This document shows, piece by piece, positions 61,711 through 64,000 of a DNA stretch of 64,000 nucleotides. The stretch's first letter is position 1. Every line of letters begins with the position of its first letter. The notes under the pieces are model-generated. The model made no database searches. It was not told where the DNA came from and worked only from the letters and a program-made list of their open reading frames with translations. The translations under genes and the position numbers were made by a program. Source of the stretch: Candidatus Methanomethylicia archaeon (lineage in GTDB: Archaea > Thermoproteota > Methanomethylicia > CALHIW01); contig JAWBQF010000008.1 in assembly GCA_038845975.1 (NCBI GenBank), positions 1-64,000 on the forward strand. The letters are read 5' to 3'.

Positions 61711-62035
61711 TAAGCATATAGCTTAAGTCTAATAATACACGATTGATACCACTTACTAGTAAGATGATTTAAAGCTACTTACTAGTAAATAGCTAATATA
61801 CATAATCTTACTATAAAAGATTTAAAATAACTTTAGGAACTAATATTGAGTCTTCATAATGTAAAGTAGAAATAGAATTGAAATGTTTTCATTTGAATGG
61901 TGGAGATTGAATACTAGTGACTGGATATAGCATACAGGACTTAGAATATTATTAATTTAGAGAGTCAATAATTCTCATTAATAACGGAATAAATCATTAT
62001 TAGTAAAACCAATTTTAAAACTTCTTACTAGTAAT

Positions 62036-62842
62036 TTAACATTGTTTTATTGAGATTTGAAATGTACAGAAGCTATTACCTAATGCAATACATGAAGTTT
62101 CAGTTATCCTTATATTCTTCTTGAGAAAGCTAAATAGAAATCCTTCTAGAAAACCTTTAAAGTACCGGCTTGCAGAACCTTGAACTTTTCCTTCTAAAAC
62201 TTCACATTCCCATAATCTATCAGTCTGTACTACAATATTATCTTCATAAAGTCTTACATTAACTATTCGTGCCCATCCGAAACCTATTAGGAAAGCATTT
62301 AAAAGTTCTAGGGCTTCCTCTAACTTAATGTTTTTATCACCAATATATACTTTATGGAAAGCCTTACCAGTATTGTACCCAGTATAGTATAGTAGAGATT
62401 CTGTAAATCCTTCTCCAAAATGTTCCTTAAATAAGCTAAGTAGAACCTTAATAGTATTTTGATCGATCATTATACTTCTTACATCTCCTTGATATATTGG
62501 GAAGAGATTTCTGCTATAAATAATACTACCTTCAATAGGCTTCACAATCCTAACTTCAAACACCACTTCAAGCTCCTCAATTTTAGACTTTATATCCTCT
62601 GGTGATAATAGAGAATTTGAGAAGTCTCCAACAATAAATCCGTGAACCCGCTCCTTCTCCGAGATTGTTGATGGAAGTGTTACTGAAAGTATGTTGATAT
62701 TATACTTAGAAAAAACATTTGAAATCGAAGCTAAAACACCTGGTTTAGAGGGTATTACTATATCAAATGCAACAATATTTTTCCCACCTGTAAACATGAT
62801 GTTTCCAAGTGTTAATATGGAAAATACTTCCTCCCGCATCAT
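62036..62842 (-). CDS. ACT + V4R domain ligand-binding protein
   Basis: KPGVLA.IS.VF....INI (ACT); LY..GY..G, GW, WEC, G...G and E..C.A.G...C.F (V4R). Confidence 0.88.
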   Translation of the reverse strand: MMREEVFSILTLGNIMFTGGKNIVAFDIVIPSKPGVLASISNVFSKYNINILSVTLPSTISEKERVHGFIVGDFSNSLLSPEDIKSKIEELEVVFEVRIVKPIEGSIIYSRNLFPIYQGDVRSIMIDQNTIKVLLSLFKEHFGEGFTESLLYYTGYNTGKAFHKVYIGDKNIKLEEALELLNAFLIGFGWARIVNVRLYEDNIVVQTDRLWECEVLEGKVQGSASRYFKGFLEGFLFSFLKKNIRITETSCIALGNSFCTFQISIKQC

Positions 62843-63251
62843 AACTTACACACCTACTAATATAAAAACATTCACTAAAATTTAAAGATATAGCACCAGC
62901 ATAACATGTTTAACCCTAAATATTCTACTTACTGTCTAGTACCCATAAACTAACACTAAATTTTAATTAGCCATGGATGTACTGAGTCTAAAACATTACT
63001 AAAACTAATATTAACTATGATGCAAGTATTAGGCTTTGAAATGTAATTCAATTATAAAATAATGAAGATATTATTATATGTCTAACCCTTATAATAAGGG
63101 ATACTGTATTAAAGACCATTATAGATACTAATACTGAATATTAGAGATGAATAAATGAACAGCTATGAAGCCTATAACAGCATATGCTAGCTTCATGACA
63201 CAGCAGCGTTAAGTATTTATAATACTAGTTAATAGCTTGCTTGGTGTTGGT

Positions 63252-63473
63252 ATGACTGATATAAGAACATGGAAGAGTGAAAGTTTAGGTATAACTATTG
63301 AAATAGACTATGATAAATGTACTGGTGAAGGAGAATGTGTTAATGTATGTCCTACAGGTGTTTATGAAATTGTTAATGGTAAATCTACAGCTCCAAATAT
63401 TGATCAATGTATTCAATGTTGTGCATGCGTTGCAGCATGTCCACAAGCCGCAATAAAACACTCAACATGCTAA
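63252..63473 (+). CDS. Dicluster ferredoxin
   Basis: CTGEGECVNVCP and CIQCCACVAACP. Confidence 0.92.
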   Translation: MTDIRTWKSESLGITIEIDYDKCTGEGECVNVCPTGVYEIVNGKSTAPNIDQCIQCCACVAACPQAAIKHSTC

Positions 63474-63759
63474 CCCTTTTTCCCTTATTATACTAAGCAA
63501 TATTAAGACGCTGCTTTACTATCATACTGCTTACATATTTGCTTCAAATCTATTAGGGATTATTTGATATTTATCACCATAAAAATAGGAAATGCTTGAT
63601 TACCGGATCTTCTACATTCTATCTTTCTAGAAAGTTTACTTAAAACTTAAGGAATAAATGAGAGCACACATTGTAAACGTAGCCTTATCATTTACACTCC
63701 ATTCTTACAGCAATAACATCTTTATTGAATAAAATTTAAGTTTCCCTCCTTGATAATGA

Positions 63760-64000
63760 TGCTGTTACGTTTAGATTTTTGAGGAGACTTTGGGAAGCAA
63801 TTTTTAGAGGTGATGTTCATAGATAGGTTTCTTAAAGCCCTAAAGAATAAAGGGACTTTTGGGCGTAATAGAGTTGTGCTTAGAAGGAGGATGAGTACAT
63901 GTCTTCTCTACATGGTTAAGCTATAGGGATACTGCATATGTCTATGAATCGTTAACGTAAGCTATGTATCCGTGTGACGTTGGGTTCAGAGATTTGAAGA
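63760..64000 (+). mobile_element. IS6-like element left end, degraded (runs off window)
   Basis: gctgttacgtttagattt resembles the IS6 end ggctttgttaactttagattt. The ORF from 63813 gives F.RNR...LY...VSYVSV*RWVQRF, an IS6 N-terminal HTH-like segment with stops. Confidence 0.55.

Overview
AT-rich archaeal chromosomal segment. The gene content (archaeal ATPases, class III-signal pilin, TFS/RpoM paralogue, TackOD1-like protein, DUF2070, V4R) suggests a TACK-group anaerobe; this taxonomy is an inference. There are about 50 intact CDS: a surface protein / membrane RING / secretion-ATPase operon, cysteine synthase, a beta-CASP nuclease, PhoU-TrkA_C and split MgtE pairs, nadE, an OYE / acyl-CoA dehydrogenase / CoA-transferase block, ilvBNC, gcvT, an 8-gene Mrp antiporter, tupABC, HypD with its activase, an NTase / APC permease / phosphoesterase trio, a B12 radical SAM enzyme and a ferredoxin. 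Also present are several pseudogenes, two decayed IS6 copies with TIRs, a third IS6-like fragment and a MITE. No rRNA, tRNA or CRISPR array was seen. Most interesting: (1) both archaeal ATPase-wHTH genes carry the same tandem ACT-N12-AGT operator architecture between TATA box and start codon; (2) a membrane-anchored bPH + RING protein is translationally coupled between an Ig-fold surface protein and a T4P/T2SS-type ATPase fused to a wHTH; (3) a candidate circularly permuted C/D box sRNA; (4) an archaeal HypD beside an uncharacterised NTase-permease-phosphoesterase module. All calls come from motif recognition by eye; no searches were run.
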